Source: Candidatus Methanophagales archaeon
GTDB lineage: Archaea; Halobacteriota; Syntropharchaeia; Alkanophagales; Methanospirareceae
Length of the DNA: 47,115 nt
Reading direction: 5' to 3'
Assembly (NCBI GenBank): GCA_023131215.1
Contig: JAGLZV010000097.1
Span: 1 to 47,115, forward strand
The notes beneath the pieces are model-generated. The model did no database searches. It saw nothing but the letters and a program-made list of their open reading frames with translations, and was not told where the DNA came from. This document shows, one piece after another, positions 1 through 8,725 of this stretch. A program made the translations under genes and the position numbers. How positions within the stretch are numbered: position 1 is the first letter of the stretch; each line of letters begins with the position of its first letter.

Positions 1-120
1 ATCTCGACAATGGTCTGTACCGTAGGATCCACACTATTTTCATTATCTGGAATCATACATTGGCTCACCAGGTAAAATAATCGCTTTTATGCTATATAAA
101 AAGTATCAATAGTTAGAATG

Positions 121-522
121 TCAATCTCTTATCCGAACACGCATGAACTGGTCTTTGATTTCTCGGTTCTCAATTTGACTCTCCTTAAGATTTCGCTTCA
201 AATAGTCCACTGCCGTTTCAGAAGACTCAACCGCGACTATCTTTTTTACCTTTTTAGCTAACGGTATGGTCAATGTTCCAGGTCCGGAACCTATTTCTAA
301 AACTTCAAAGTCCTTATCCAAGACATCGCTCAATGCCTCTGTCGCTTTCCTTCCATATTCGTAATTGTTGTATTTAGCCTGCTCGGAATAGTCTTCAGCG
401 AATTTAGCTCGAAATTCCCTCTCATATAGTATTTTCAAAGGTCTCATTCTCTGCTTTTGCATCACTTTCCACGCTTCTCTCCAGTTCATCTTTTTACCTG
501 ATGCATAAGGCGCATGTGTCAA
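121..522 (-). CDS. Class I SAM-dependent methyltransferase, probably C-terminally truncated
   Basis: Motif I LEIGSGPGTLT and post-I VAVESS are present. The ORF stops about 50 aa after motif I, so the rest of the Rossmann fold is missing. Confidence 0.45.
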   Translation of the reverse strand: MTHAPYASGKKMNWREAWKVMQKQRMRPLKILYEREFRAKFAEDYSEQAKYNNYEYGRKATEALSDVLDKDFEVLEIGSGPGTLTIPLAKKVKKIVAVESSETAVDYLKRNLKESQIENREIKDQFMRVRIRD

Positions 523-539
523 GTTTTAAATTCTCTTCT

Positions 540-809
540 TTAACTTCTAACATAAACTTTACCCCGGATAATTCTATTGGCTGGCTTTCCATGATACACC
601 GCTTCTCTGGCAAAAGTTTCATCACACTTTGGACATTTTAAATCGCCTCGTGTGTGATCTTCGGCTATCCTGTCTTTATAGCATTTTATCAGCGACCCGA
701 GACCTGCTTTTTGGTACTTGTAGAGTAAAGTTTGACATTTAGCGCAGTAAACCTTTATTATATGGGTTCTTCCTTTTTTCTTTGCGGGCATAACTTTGCT
801 CTTTTTCAA
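540..809 (-). CDS. Small zinc-ribbon protein, function unknown
   Basis: 89-aa basic ORF with two CxxC pairs (CAKC ... CPKC). Confidence 0.4.
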   Translation of the reverse strand: MKKSKVMPAKKKGRTHIIKVYCAKCQTLLYKYQKAGLGSLIKCYKDRIAEDHTRGDLKCPKCDETFAREAVYHGKPANRIIRGKVYVRS

Positions 810-1021
810 TGAGATTTTTTATTTCGTTCTTCAATGATAAGCCAAAAATCGCTATCTTTTTTACTCCATGTCTTACAAGAACCGAGACCACTTTTAAAAA
901 TATCTCTTTCTTTTCCATTTTCTATCCCCTTTAAAGATATTTCTTCGCTTCGGGAAAAAGTCCGTCTTCGTGGAATTTTTCTTTGACGTAAAGTTTGTAA
1001 GTCATTTTGATCTTCTTTCAA
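806..1021 (-). CDS. Hypothetical small protein (weak)
   Basis: 71-aa ORF overlapping both neighbours (4 nt and 20 nt). No recognisable motif. Confidence 0.15.
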   Translation of the reverse strand: MKEDQNDLQTLRQRKIPRRRTFSRSEEISLKGIENGKERDIFKSGLGSCKTWSKKDSDFWLIIEERNKKSH

Positions 1022-1385
1022 GGTAACTTTTTACCTCATAAACAAAATTTTTAGCTGTTTCCAGCATACTTTTAGCCTCCTCGTTGGTAACCGTAAAACC
1101 CACTCCATAGTCTCCAGTCTGTCTCGTATCGTAAGCATCATTGAGAGATTTACCCAAATCTTTTTTGAACACACCCGTTTTTACGAAGTGTCTGCCGAAT
1201 AAACTTATCACCCCTTTGTGTGATGATGCTTTTAGCCCCTTAGTGAGAAGCACCGCCTCAGCCATGAAGAACATGGCATAATAACATCTTGAAACACAGG
1301 AATCGTAATCGCCGTCATTTAAAGCAAGCTCAGCAGTTCTTAGAAACCTTTTCGCCTTCTTTATAAGGTCTTCTATCTCTTTCAT
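1002..1385 (-). CDS. HEPN domain protein (toxin of a HEPN-MNT pair)
   Basis: Typical HEPN helices: LALNDGDYDSCVSRCYYAMFFMAEAVL ... SHKGVISLF. It overlaps the upstream MNT gene by 4 nt. Confidence 0.8.
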   Translation of the reverse strand: MKEIEDLIKKAKRFLRTAELALNDGDYDSCVSRCYYAMFFMAEAVLLTKGLKASSHKGVISLFGRHFVKTGVFKKDLGKSLNDAYDTRQTGDYGVGFTVTNEEAKSMLETAKNFVYEVKSYLERRSK

Positions 1386-1765
1386 ACTGCTACTCCCTCT
1401 TCTTTCACATTCAGTAAAAATGGCGAGTTATAGTTTTTAAAGAAACTTTCGGGTATCGCTATAACAGAAATTAATTCCCCATTTTCAAGAAGAATGTCAA
1501 ACAAGATGTCGCTTAAACTTTTTCTCACTGCAAAGGGATTGAGAGAATCATCAACCACTATCAATACGTCAATATCCGATTCTTCAGTTGCTTCACCTCT
1601 CGCATAAGAACCATACACCATAACCTGCTTGATTTTCTCTCCATAAGTCTTGATTAAGTACTCTTTAACCTCCTCTACAAAATGTTTTATTTTTTCATTC
1701 ATTTCCTCTGCTCCATGAGTTCTCTTATACTCTATCACTCCCCCCAATATTCTACTTTTAGCCAT
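1382..1765 (-). CDS. Minimal nucleotidyltransferase (MNT, antitoxin partner of HEPN)
   Basis: GSYARGEATEESDIDVLIVV (GS...DxD) pol-beta-type NTase motif. Translationally coupled to the HEPN gene. Confidence 0.85.
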   Translation of the reverse strand: MAKSRILGGVIEYKRTHGAEEMNEKIKHFVEEVKEYLIKTYGEKIKQVMVYGSYARGEATEESDIDVLIVVDDSLNPFAVRKSLSDILFDILLENGELISVIAIPESFFKNYNSPFLLNVKEEGVAV

Positions 1766-2758
1766 TTATTCTTCTTCAAGAACTAATCCCCATATCCTTT
1801 TTAGAGGTAACTCTGCTTTTAATTCATCGTCAAATCGTTCGTAATATTTAAAAATCGCCTCGAGCAAATCCCCCGCATCCCATAACCGAGTAGAGAAAAA
1901 TGCATCCCTTGCTTCTTTAATAGCCTCTTTTGTAAATCCACCCCAAGAAACCAACAATCCTTGTCCCGCTCTGACTTTTGCCATTACACCCCGTAGTTCT
2001 CTCAAAATCTTAACATCTGCTTGAGATGACGATGATTTTACTTGTACACAAATTTGAGGGCTGTCAAAACCTAACGGACCCGCAGCAGCAAGTATATCAA
2101 CACCTCCATCTGGACCCGGTTCAGACACCTTTGTAACATAACCTTGCGCATGGAGAATCGCTTCTACTAATCGTGCTAAATTATGACCTTTGAACTTTCG
2201 TCCTATATGCTTTACAATCTGGTCTTTCGCATATTCTTCAACATCAATAGCCTCTTCACCGGGTCCCTCAACAACCTCTGGCGGAACCTTTTTTCGTAGG
2301 AGTTCTTTAACACGATTCTCCGCATCATTTCGGCTTATTTGACAAACAGTCATAAATGCACCAAGTGAATAAAGAATATCCTGGTCAAATGCAGACCTGG
2401 GAATTGTTTTCAACCATTTTACGCGTCTAATATGCTTGATATTGTTAACAAGTTCGTTGTATTCATATTCCCTACTTACTTCACCTATTGCTATGGCTGA
2501 TTGTTTTTTCAGCGGAAGTGCTACGAGGTCACCTTTTTGTATTTCATGAATGAATCTCCATATTTGTCCAATTTCATTAACCGCTTGCATTTTCTTCGCT
2601 GTTGGATAAACTTTGGCATAAAGCTCTGCAAGTTCTTCTTTGGTTTTTAATTCGGTGAGGTCAGGTAAATCATTCCAACCGATTGTTACTACTTCGTTCT
2701 CCAAAGCTCCTTGCTCCTGTTCTCCATGTCTTCCTGCTCTTACTAACCAAAGACTCAT
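1766..2758 (-). CDS. Mrr-family (type IV-like) restriction endonuclease with N-terminal recognition domain
   Basis: The C-terminal GPDGGVDILAA ... ICVQVKSS matches the Mrr_cat D...D...QxK pattern. The N-terminal 150 aa (MSLWLVRAGRHGEQEQ...) is typical of this family. Confidence 0.7.
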   Translation of the reverse strand: MSLWLVRAGRHGEQEQGALENEVVTIGWNDLPDLTELKTKEELAELYAKVYPTAKKMQAVNEIGQIWRFIHEIQKGDLVALPLKKQSAIAIGEVSREYEYNELVNNIKHIRRVKWLKTIPRSAFDQDILYSLGAFMTVCQISRNDAENRVKELLRKKVPPEVVEGPGEEAIDVEEYAKDQIVKHIGRKFKGHNLARLVEAILHAQGYVTKVSEPGPDGGVDILAAAGPLGFDSPQICVQVKSSSSQADVKILRELRGVMAKVRAGQGLLVSWGGFTKEAIKEARDAFFSTRLWDAGDLLEAIFKYYERFDDELKAELPLKRIWGLVLEEE

Positions 2759-2906
2759 TTTATATTATCAAAATTCATATTGCTTCTCTGTCCATATAAA
2801 AGGTTTCGTTTAAAATAGCACATGCAATTTATTCTAACTCCTGCTATGCAGAACATTGAGCAAAAACATATAAAGAATACTCCTATATATAATTGAAAGA
2901 GGTCCC

Positions 2907-4232
2907 ATGGAAGAAAATAGAATACCAAAGATATTGGTCATAAGTGAAGGAAATTTCCCAAAAGAAGTAGTAAGTAAAACTTGGGAAGATGTAGGAAAGG
3001 GCAATATACCAAATATAGCCGAATTTAATATCGTCATTCTAAATTTCGTAAGAATAACCCCTAAAAAAGCAGAATATATTATAGACGCTACTGAGCTTGG
3101 CCTAAAAAGTATTCATAATCTTTTATGGAGTAAAAGTGAACTAATCTTGATTACGGATGGAGAGGCGTGGATACCTTTTGATCCTGAAGGGTGGTATGTT
3201 TTCTCGATCTTGCCGGTTTCAATTCCTTTTGTAAAAGAAAGAGGAGAGACTATTATAATAGAGGATGAAAGATATAGAGATTATTATGAGACTCATGTCG
3301 ATCATTGGAATTTTTATCTGAAAGATGAATGTGAATTCCAGAGAGATATAGCAAAAAAATTACTTTCTGGGAGGGAGTATAAAAAGTATGAAAATAATCT
3401 TTCTATGTGCCAGCTTTCTAAAGTTATAGCTTATAATGGCTTTGATAAACCCATTTCATTTTCTATTGAATATGGATATAATAGAAATTCCGATTCCAAA
3501 ATAATGGGCATTTCAGGACCTTTAACTATTCTCCAAGCCCCTGATAAGACAGAATCAGTGGAATCCGCTATCAAAACCTTGCTTTCCAATTATGGAATTC
3601 ATATTAAAAGTAAAGCACCAACATGGACGAACGATTTTAAAATTCCTGGCGAAGAAGTAGTTGGAAGAGAAATAAAGCAGTTAGAAGAAGATAAGATTGA
3701 AACGGAAGAAAAAATAACGTCTAAAGAAGCAGAGAAAGAAGAAATAACGCGTTACAAAGAACTTCTTTTTGAAGATGGAGACGAATTAAGGGATATTGTA
3801 TGGGATACATTAGAGCTAATAGGCTTTAAGGTAAATAGACATGACGAATATAAGGAAGATGGCTCGATTCAAGAAGGAAAAGAAGTCGCAGTACTTGAAA
3901 TAAAAGGAAGAGAGAAAAGTTTAACGACAGGGGATGTTAGACAACTTGATGATTGGATAACAGACTATACCTTAAGAGAGGGTAAAGAGCCGATAGGAAT
4001 ACTTATAGGTAATCACTACCGTCTTAAAAAACCAGAAAGCCGTGACGAACCCTTCCCTCCTGATGTTTTAAGGTACGTAAAGGCAAACAGCAGGAAATTA
4101 TCTCTGATTACTACTTTTCAACTTTTTGAAATATTTTGTATGATTAAGAATGGAGAGTTAGACGCTGATATAGTCAGAAAAGAAATCATGAGGAATGAAG
4201 GTGTTTTCGATCTAAAATCTATTTTGAAATGA
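2907..4232 (+). CDS. Unassigned 441-aa protein: unknown N-terminal domain, charged coiled-coil linker, PD-(D/E)xK-like C-terminus
   Basis: Long ORF with an AGAGG RBS. C-terminal LELIGFKV ... EDGSIQEGKEVAVLEIKGRE fits a D...ExK nuclease core. A KQLEEDKIETEEKITSKEAEKEE linker precedes it. Confidence 0.6.
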   Translation: MEENRIPKILVISEGNFPKEVVSKTWEDVGKGNIPNIAEFNIVILNFVRITPKKAEYIIDATELGLKSIHNLLWSKSELILITDGEAWIPFDPEGWYVFSILPVSIPFVKERGETIIIEDERYRDYYETHVDHWNFYLKDECEFQRDIAKKLLSGREYKKYENNLSMCQLSKVIAYNGFDKPISFSIEYGYNRNSDSKIMGISGPLTILQAPDKTESVESAIKTLLSNYGIHIKSKAPTWTNDFKIPGEEVVGREIKQLEEDKIETEEKITSKEAEKEEITRYKELLFEDGDELRDIVWDTLELIGFKVNRHDEYKEDGSIQEGKEVAVLEIKGREKSLTTGDVRQLDDWITDYTLREGKEPIGILIGNHYRLKKPESRDEPFPPDVLRYVKANSRKLSLITTFQLFEIFCMIKNGELDADIVRKEIMRNEGVFDLKSILK

Positions 4233-4438
4233 ACACCCCTTTCCCCGTCTACAATTGTTAAATCCCCCCTTTTCTTTTCCCATTTTATGTCTCTTCTTTC
4301 GTATCCCAAAACCGACCTTAAAAATAATTCATCAAACGTTCTTCTGACCTCAAGTTCTGATGAACCCTTTTCTATTTCCTTGATTATGTTTTTGAACGCT
4401 TTCAATACTTTTTCGGTAAAGTTGGTTTCACTCATCAT
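4233..4438 (-). pseudogene. Possible remnant of an HsdR_N/restriction-enzyme N-terminal-like gene
   Basis: MSETNFTEKVLKAF...LGYERRDIKWEKKRGDLTIVDGERG resembles the start of HsdR_N-type domains. Similarity ends where the convergent 441-aa gene ends. The rest of ORF 4118-4465 is antisense to that gene. Confidence 0.3.
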
Positions 4439-4474
4439 TACATAAACTCCCTGCCATCTTTCCATGATGAAATA

Positions 4475-4972
4475 CTATTCATTCCTTAAAAGTTTTAAAA
4501 GAAAAAAGTGTTTTGGTAAAAACATCCCTACTCTTCTTCTATAATCCAAGTATTTTTCTCCATGCAATTCAAACATCTGTTTCTCCTCTATTCTACAATC
4601 CAAATACCATACCGGGATAAAAATAATCATAATTGCAAACCATATCCATGAGAAGAACAGAAATCCTGCTCCGAACAAGGCTATGTAAATGGCAGCATAC
4701 ATTGGATGCCTGACATATTTATAAGGTCCGCTTGTAACCAAATCTTTGGTAAAGAGAGCACGTCTGACGTGATGCCCTGTCCATATCCAAAACGAAATTC
4801 CTCCTGCCATCAAAAGAACACCAAAACAGATCAACACAATGTTATCCGTAAATATTTGTTGCCGATTAGTATTAGTAAAGTGCAGTCCCAAATACAAACA
4901 AAAACCGTGAACAACCCAAAGTGCTCTTGGTAATACTTCTGCGAACACCATAACTTTTTTCGACATTTTCAT
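4475..4972 (-). CDS. Isoprenylcysteine carboxyl / phospholipid methyltransferase-family membrane protein
   Basis: Multi-TM protein with GPYKYVRHPMYAAIYIALFG, the ICMT/PEMT family signature. Confidence 0.7.
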   Translation of the reverse strand: MKMSKKVMVFAEVLPRALWVVHGFCLYLGLHFTNTNRQQIFTDNIVLICFGVLLMAGGISFWIWTGHHVRRALFTKDLVTSGPYKYVRHPMYAAIYIALFGAGFLFFSWIWFAIMIIFIPVWYLDCRIEEKQMFELHGEKYLDYRRRVGMFLPKHFFLLKLLRNE

Positions 4973-4975
4973 TTA

Positions 4976-5269
4976 TTATTCATTCTTGATGCAGTCCATT
5001 CCCTTTTCTGTCAACATATACATCTTCACCCACTCCCCTCCACCTCCAGGCACTGGCACACTGCACATTTCACCCATTGGACATCCCACGCATCCCTGAC
5101 CTTCTCTCGAACTGATTTCTCGGAGATAACCAGCACGAACCATGAACTCTATTCTCGCCATTAGCACGGATTTTCTCATACCGAACTCGTTAGCAAGCTC
5201 ATCTAACGTGCCACCTTTCTCTATTCTGCGTAGAATTTCCTCTGTTGTGGTCATGTTATTCCTTTGCAT
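4976..5269 (-). CDS. FeoC-like winged-helix protein with Cys-rich tail
   Basis: EEILRRIEKGGTLDELANEFGMRKSVLMARIEFMVRAGYL (wHTH) followed by GCVGCPMGEMCS. Start taken at the internal MQRNNM, because the upstream part of ORF 4976-5353 is A/T-rich spacer. Confidence 0.5.
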   Translation of the reverse strand: MQRNNMTTTEEILRRIEKGGTLDELANEFGMRKSVLMARIEFMVRAGYLREISSREGQGCVGCPMGEMCSVPVPGGGGEWVKMYMLTEKGMDCIKNE

Positions 5270-5356
5270 TGCTAACCCGAGATATTTTTTTGATAAAAAA
5301 TAAAAAAGGAAAAAAAGAGGAGGTGTTTTAGATTTCCCCTCCCTCAATTGCACATT

Positions 5357-6193
5357 TCAACGTGCTTTTTTCCTGCTGTACACCAGACCCAGCAGCAAAA
5401 TCAGCCCTATTACCAGTATCGAAAAGAATGTCGCTCCTCCCACAACGTCAGGCTCTTCTTCCTCGGGTTCTTCTACCCCCTCAAAAAGCTCCCAGTTCGG
5501 CGAGGTCAAAAATTTATCCCTCGTGTCTTCCCACCCTGACTTGAATAGCGCCTTTTCTTCACTCGTTGCATTCTCCGGGATACCAAACTTCATCTTCTTC
5601 CGGAGTTCAAAGAAGTTTTCTGGGTATACACCTTCCTTCACCACGACCTTGAAACACTCTCCAGTTGAGTTTTGACAGACATCGAACCTGAAATTATCCA
5701 GAGTATTGCCCTTTGATACCTTTTTCAAGTTCTTCTTGCTCATGTTTGTTATCTTAGTCCCGTCAGGCAGAATTATTTTATATTCGCCTTTCGTTTTCGT
5801 TTCTATCTTTGGTCCTGTTCCTGTCACGTATTGAAAGCAATGCATGGAGCCAAGAGTGGGAAGTCTGCTGATTATCCTGATGTCATCCCTTGCTGGTATC
5901 TCCTCGCCCCATATTTCCAATATTCCTAACTGAGATGCTCTGAATGCGCAAGCTCCACATACACATATAGCTCCGTGATATTCCCCTATATCGTCTATTG
6001 TTATCTCTATTTCTGTTCCATCATCTATTATCACAACAGGCTCCAATTCGAACTCTGGTGGCGCTCTGGCACCAGGCATGTGTGCATCAACGGAAATAAC
6101 CGCCGTAGATAACGCCAGCAAAACCAACGCTACAATTGCCACTGCTTTTAAGGGCAATTTTGCACTTTCCATTTTGCACTTTTCTTTTTTCAT
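5357..6193 (-). CDS. Secreted, C-terminally anchored protein with possible FmdE/FwdE-like Cys motif
   Basis: N-terminal signal/TM (AVAIVALVLLALSTAVI), HGAICVCGACAFRA motif, acidic linker EEPEEEEPD, then terminal TM plus a basic tail. Confidence 0.45.
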   Translation of the reverse strand: MKKEKCKMESAKLPLKAVAIVALVLLALSTAVISVDAHMPGARAPPEFELEPVVIIDDGTEIEITIDDIGEYHGAICVCGACAFRASQLGILEIWGEEIPARDDIRIISRLPTLGSMHCFQYVTGTGPKIETKTKGEYKIILPDGTKITNMSKKNLKKVSKGNTLDNFRFDVCQNSTGECFKVVVKEGVYPENFFELRKKMKFGIPENATSEEKALFKSGWEDTRDKFLTSPNWELFEGVEEPEEEEPDVVGGATFFSILVIGLILLLGLVYSRKKAR

Positions 6194-6642
6194 TCCGTTT
6201 CTCTCTCCTTCAAGATATAATACACGATCACCAGCGAGAACGGCAGTAAAAACATTTCAGGGCAATACGGAGGTGCGTAACTTGCTAAAAATCCTTCTAA
6301 GCTGTTAAACCACGTCTCTTCTCCAGGGATAGAACCAGCTATCCTCGCCCATATTGCCATTCCCGCAACGATCCATATCATTATGCTCGCCATCACTGCC
6401 TTCGCCAATTGATGTATTTCTGCGAAATTCTTCACGCTGCTCAGGTAAAAAAAGCCCGCAGAGAGAAGAATTATCGCTTTCCACGGCAGGAACATGGGAT
6501 CTGAAGCCCCCGAGGAATCTAAAATCCCCCATGTAAATCCTTCACCCGCACTTGCAATCAGTTCCGCAGCTCCGAACGCCAATGCTACTGCACCTAAAAC
6601 TGCGAAATATATCGCTCCAAATTTCTCTTCCGTTTCGTTCAT
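6190..6642 (-). CDS. Integral membrane protein, unknown function, in the feo cluster
   Basis: 150 aa with about 4 hydrophobic segments. 4-nt overlap with the downstream gene and directly abutting the feoB stop. Confidence 0.5.
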   Translation of the reverse strand: MNETEEKFGAIYFAVLGAVALAFGAAELIASAGEGFTWGILDSSGASDPMFLPWKAIILLSAGFFYLSSVKNFAEIHQLAKAVMASIMIWIVAGMAIWARIAGSIPGEETWFNSLEGFLASYAPPYCPEMFLLPFSLVIVYYILKERETE

Positions 6643-7920
6643 TTATGCCACCCCCAGCATTATTCCTACTAAATGTATCAAGCCACCGTAAACAAAGACC
6701 ATCGCTATAAGCGAAGCGAGGCTGCCAAGAATTTCTTTCCAGTTCTCTTCCTTCAGCATCAGTGCGAATGTCGCCAAGCACGGGAAATAGATGCAAAGCA
6801 AAATCACGGATGTGAACACCTGAAAAGTAGTCATTATCCCTTGTTCCATAAGACCGCCAAGCATTCCCACCGCCAAATCCTTCCTCAGAAAACCTGCTAT
6901 TAACGGCGCTACTGTTTCTGCTGGCACTCCAAACCACCCCATTAGCAACGGACCCAATACAGCCGCCAGCCAATCCATTGCTCCCGTCAGGTACATAAGA
7001 CCAACAATTAGACACCCTAATAGAACGAAAGGAACCGCAACGAGGAGAAAACGCGAAGTCCTTATCCACAGCTTCCTACCGATATTTCTCAATGTTGGCA
7101 TTTGATATGGTGGCACATCCATTATGATCTCAGGCGACTTCCCCGGCACGATTTTGTTAAGGATGAAACCAAAGCCCAAATATCCTATGGCTAAAGTCAG
7201 AAAAATCCAGCCCATCATCTCCGGAACTAAGTCTTGCATAATTCCTATTTGCGCACCACATGGAACGAATATCGCTAACAAAGTCATCATCATGAATCTT
7301 TGTTTCCTTGTTTCCAGTGGTCTCGTAGCCGTTACGCCCGGAACATTGCAGCCTAAGGAAAGGAAAGTGGGCACAATCGCATAGCCGTGCAAACCTATTT
7401 TATGCAGCACTGTATCAACGAGAACAGCCAGTCTTGGCAAATAGCCTACATCTTCTAATATTGCAAACATCAGATAAAACGCCAGCACTGCCCACAGGAC
7501 TACGCCAAAAACAACGAACAGCCCGCTGGTAAGCACACCAAAAGCCTCAAAGCAATTGTCCGAGGCTACACGCACCCCCTCTTCTAAATGCCCCGCATCT
7601 ACCATGAGTGCATAGAATTTGTTTCCTAACCCGCCCGGAAAAACTGACTGCAGCCACGGCAGCCAGTGCTCATCGAAAAGCCTGACCATGAAGCCATCAG
7701 TAAACAAGGTGCCTGCAAAATCCACAAAAAAAGACCAAAAACCGTATATCACCGCAATTGCAACCGGTATTCCCGTCAGCGGTTTAACGGTGAGTTCCGC
7801 AATTGCGTCTTTCAATGTATGTTTACGCGCACCAAACTCTACCGTTTGTTTCGATATCCGCTCTATTAAATCCCATCTCTCATCAACTGACAGCGGCACT
7901 TTTACCACCTTCTCCTTCAC
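6643..7920 (-). CDS. feoB: FeoB, membrane (gate/nucleoside-recognition) portion
   Basis: Polytopic membrane protein. The N-terminal ERWDLIERISKQ helical segment is followed by typical FeoB gate regions. Confidence 0.85.
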   Translation of the reverse strand: MKEKVVKVPLSVDERWDLIERISKQTVEFGARKHTLKDAIAELTVKPLTGIPVAIAVIYGFWSFFVDFAGTLFTDGFMVRLFDEHWLPWLQSVFPGGLGNKFYALMVDAGHLEEGVRVASDNCFEAFGVLTSGLFVVFGVVLWAVLAFYLMFAILEDVGYLPRLAVLVDTVLHKIGLHGYAIVPTFLSLGCNVPGVTATRPLETRKQRFMMMTLLAIFVPCGAQIGIMQDLVPEMMGWIFLTLAIGYLGFGFILNKIVPGKSPEIIMDVPPYQMPTLRNIGRKLWIRTSRFLLVAVPFVLLGCLIVGLMYLTGAMDWLAAVLGPLLMGWFGVPAETVAPLIAGFLRKDLAVGMLGGLMEQGIMTTFQVFTSVILLCIYFPCLATFALMLKEENWKEILGSLASLIAMVFVYGGLIHLVGIMLGVA

Positions 7921-8461
7921 CTGCGCTCGCAGCTACACTTACACCACCCGCAGTTTCGATAATTTTTTCTATTTTCACGGGTGCCGCTTCCGTTATCTTT
8001 GAAACGAGCTCTTTGAATCCCTCTCCACTTATCGCCGTCGTTGGCACTACTGGAACACCAAGAATTTGCTCCAATTTCTCCACTTCTATCTTTATATTCT
8101 TGTCCTCTGCAACGTCCCACATATTCAATGCTACTACAACCGGATAACCTCTTTCAATGATTTCCAAAGCTAAGTAGAGACCACGCTCTATTTTTGAAGC
8201 ATCAAGCACGCATACAACCACCGAATCTCGGTTCTCCGCAAGCATTTTCACCGCTACTTCTTCTGCTCGGTCCTTCGGCTCTAATGAAAATGCCCCTGGC
8301 ACGTCTATTAGTTCGACATCTTCTCCCTCCAAACGCATCCAGCCTTTCATGAAATCCACCGTCGTTCCCGGATAATTTGACTCAAACACTTTTGCTCCAG
8401 TCAGCCGATTGAAGAAAACGCTTTTTCCCACATTCGGATGCCCCATCAATAAAATCTTCAT
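7883..8461 (-). CDS. feoB: FeoB, N-terminal GTPase (G-domain) portion as a separate ORF
   Basis: G1 GHPNVGKS, G3 DVPG and NMWD (G4-like). Overlaps the membrane ORF by 38 nt in another frame. Confidence 0.85.
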   Translation of the reverse strand: MKILLMGHPNVGKSVFFNRLTGAKVFESNYPGTTVDFMKGWMRLEGEDVELIDVPGAFSLEPKDRAEEVAVKMLAENRDSVVVCVLDASKIERGLYLALEIIERGYPVVVALNMWDVAEDKNIKIEVEKLEQILGVPVVPTTAISGEGFKELVSKITEAAPVKIEKIIETAGGVSVAASAGEGEGGKSAAVS

Positions 8462-8490
8462 TTCTCTTCTTCTACCTCCTTTTTCTATCC

Positions 8491-8715
8491 TTATCCCACC
8501 TCTACAACTATTTTTTCCGCTATACCCAACCCTAAAGACGTAAACGACTTGTCAACTTCTACCACCACAGGTCCTTTTATGGGCTGCTTTGTCGCCATTC
8601 TTATATTCTTACCTTCTCTGATGCCCATACCAGCTACTTGCTTCCTTAAATTCTCCTCTATCTCTTTCACCGTTCCTTCTTCATCAAAATCCATTTCGCT
8701 CAACTTCTTCTCCAT
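8491..8715 (-). CDS. feoA: FeoA-domain protein
   Basis: 74-aa SH3-like FeoA pattern (GTVKEIEE...GMGIREGKNIRM...GPVVVEVD...LGLGIAEKIVVE). Confidence 0.75.
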   Translation of the reverse strand: MEKKLSEMDFDEEGTVKEIEENLRKQVAGMGIREGKNIRMATKQPIKGPVVVEVDKSFTSLGLGIAEKIVVEVG

Positions 8716-8725
8716 TCTATTCCTT

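Noticed and set aside
2834-3037. 67-aa minus-strand ORF across the start of the 441-aa gene
   Set aside because: It is hydrophobic low complexity, antisense to a better-supported start region with an RBS, and spans the divergent promoter spacer.
6305-7384. Alternative-frame and antisense ORFs over the feoB membrane gene and the 150-aa membrane gene (e.g. 6542-7069, 6305-6532, 6673-6903, 7124-7384)
   Set aside because: They are fully nested in stronger ORFs that carry clear FeoB or TM signatures. They have no RBS or motifs and are typical overprinting artefacts.
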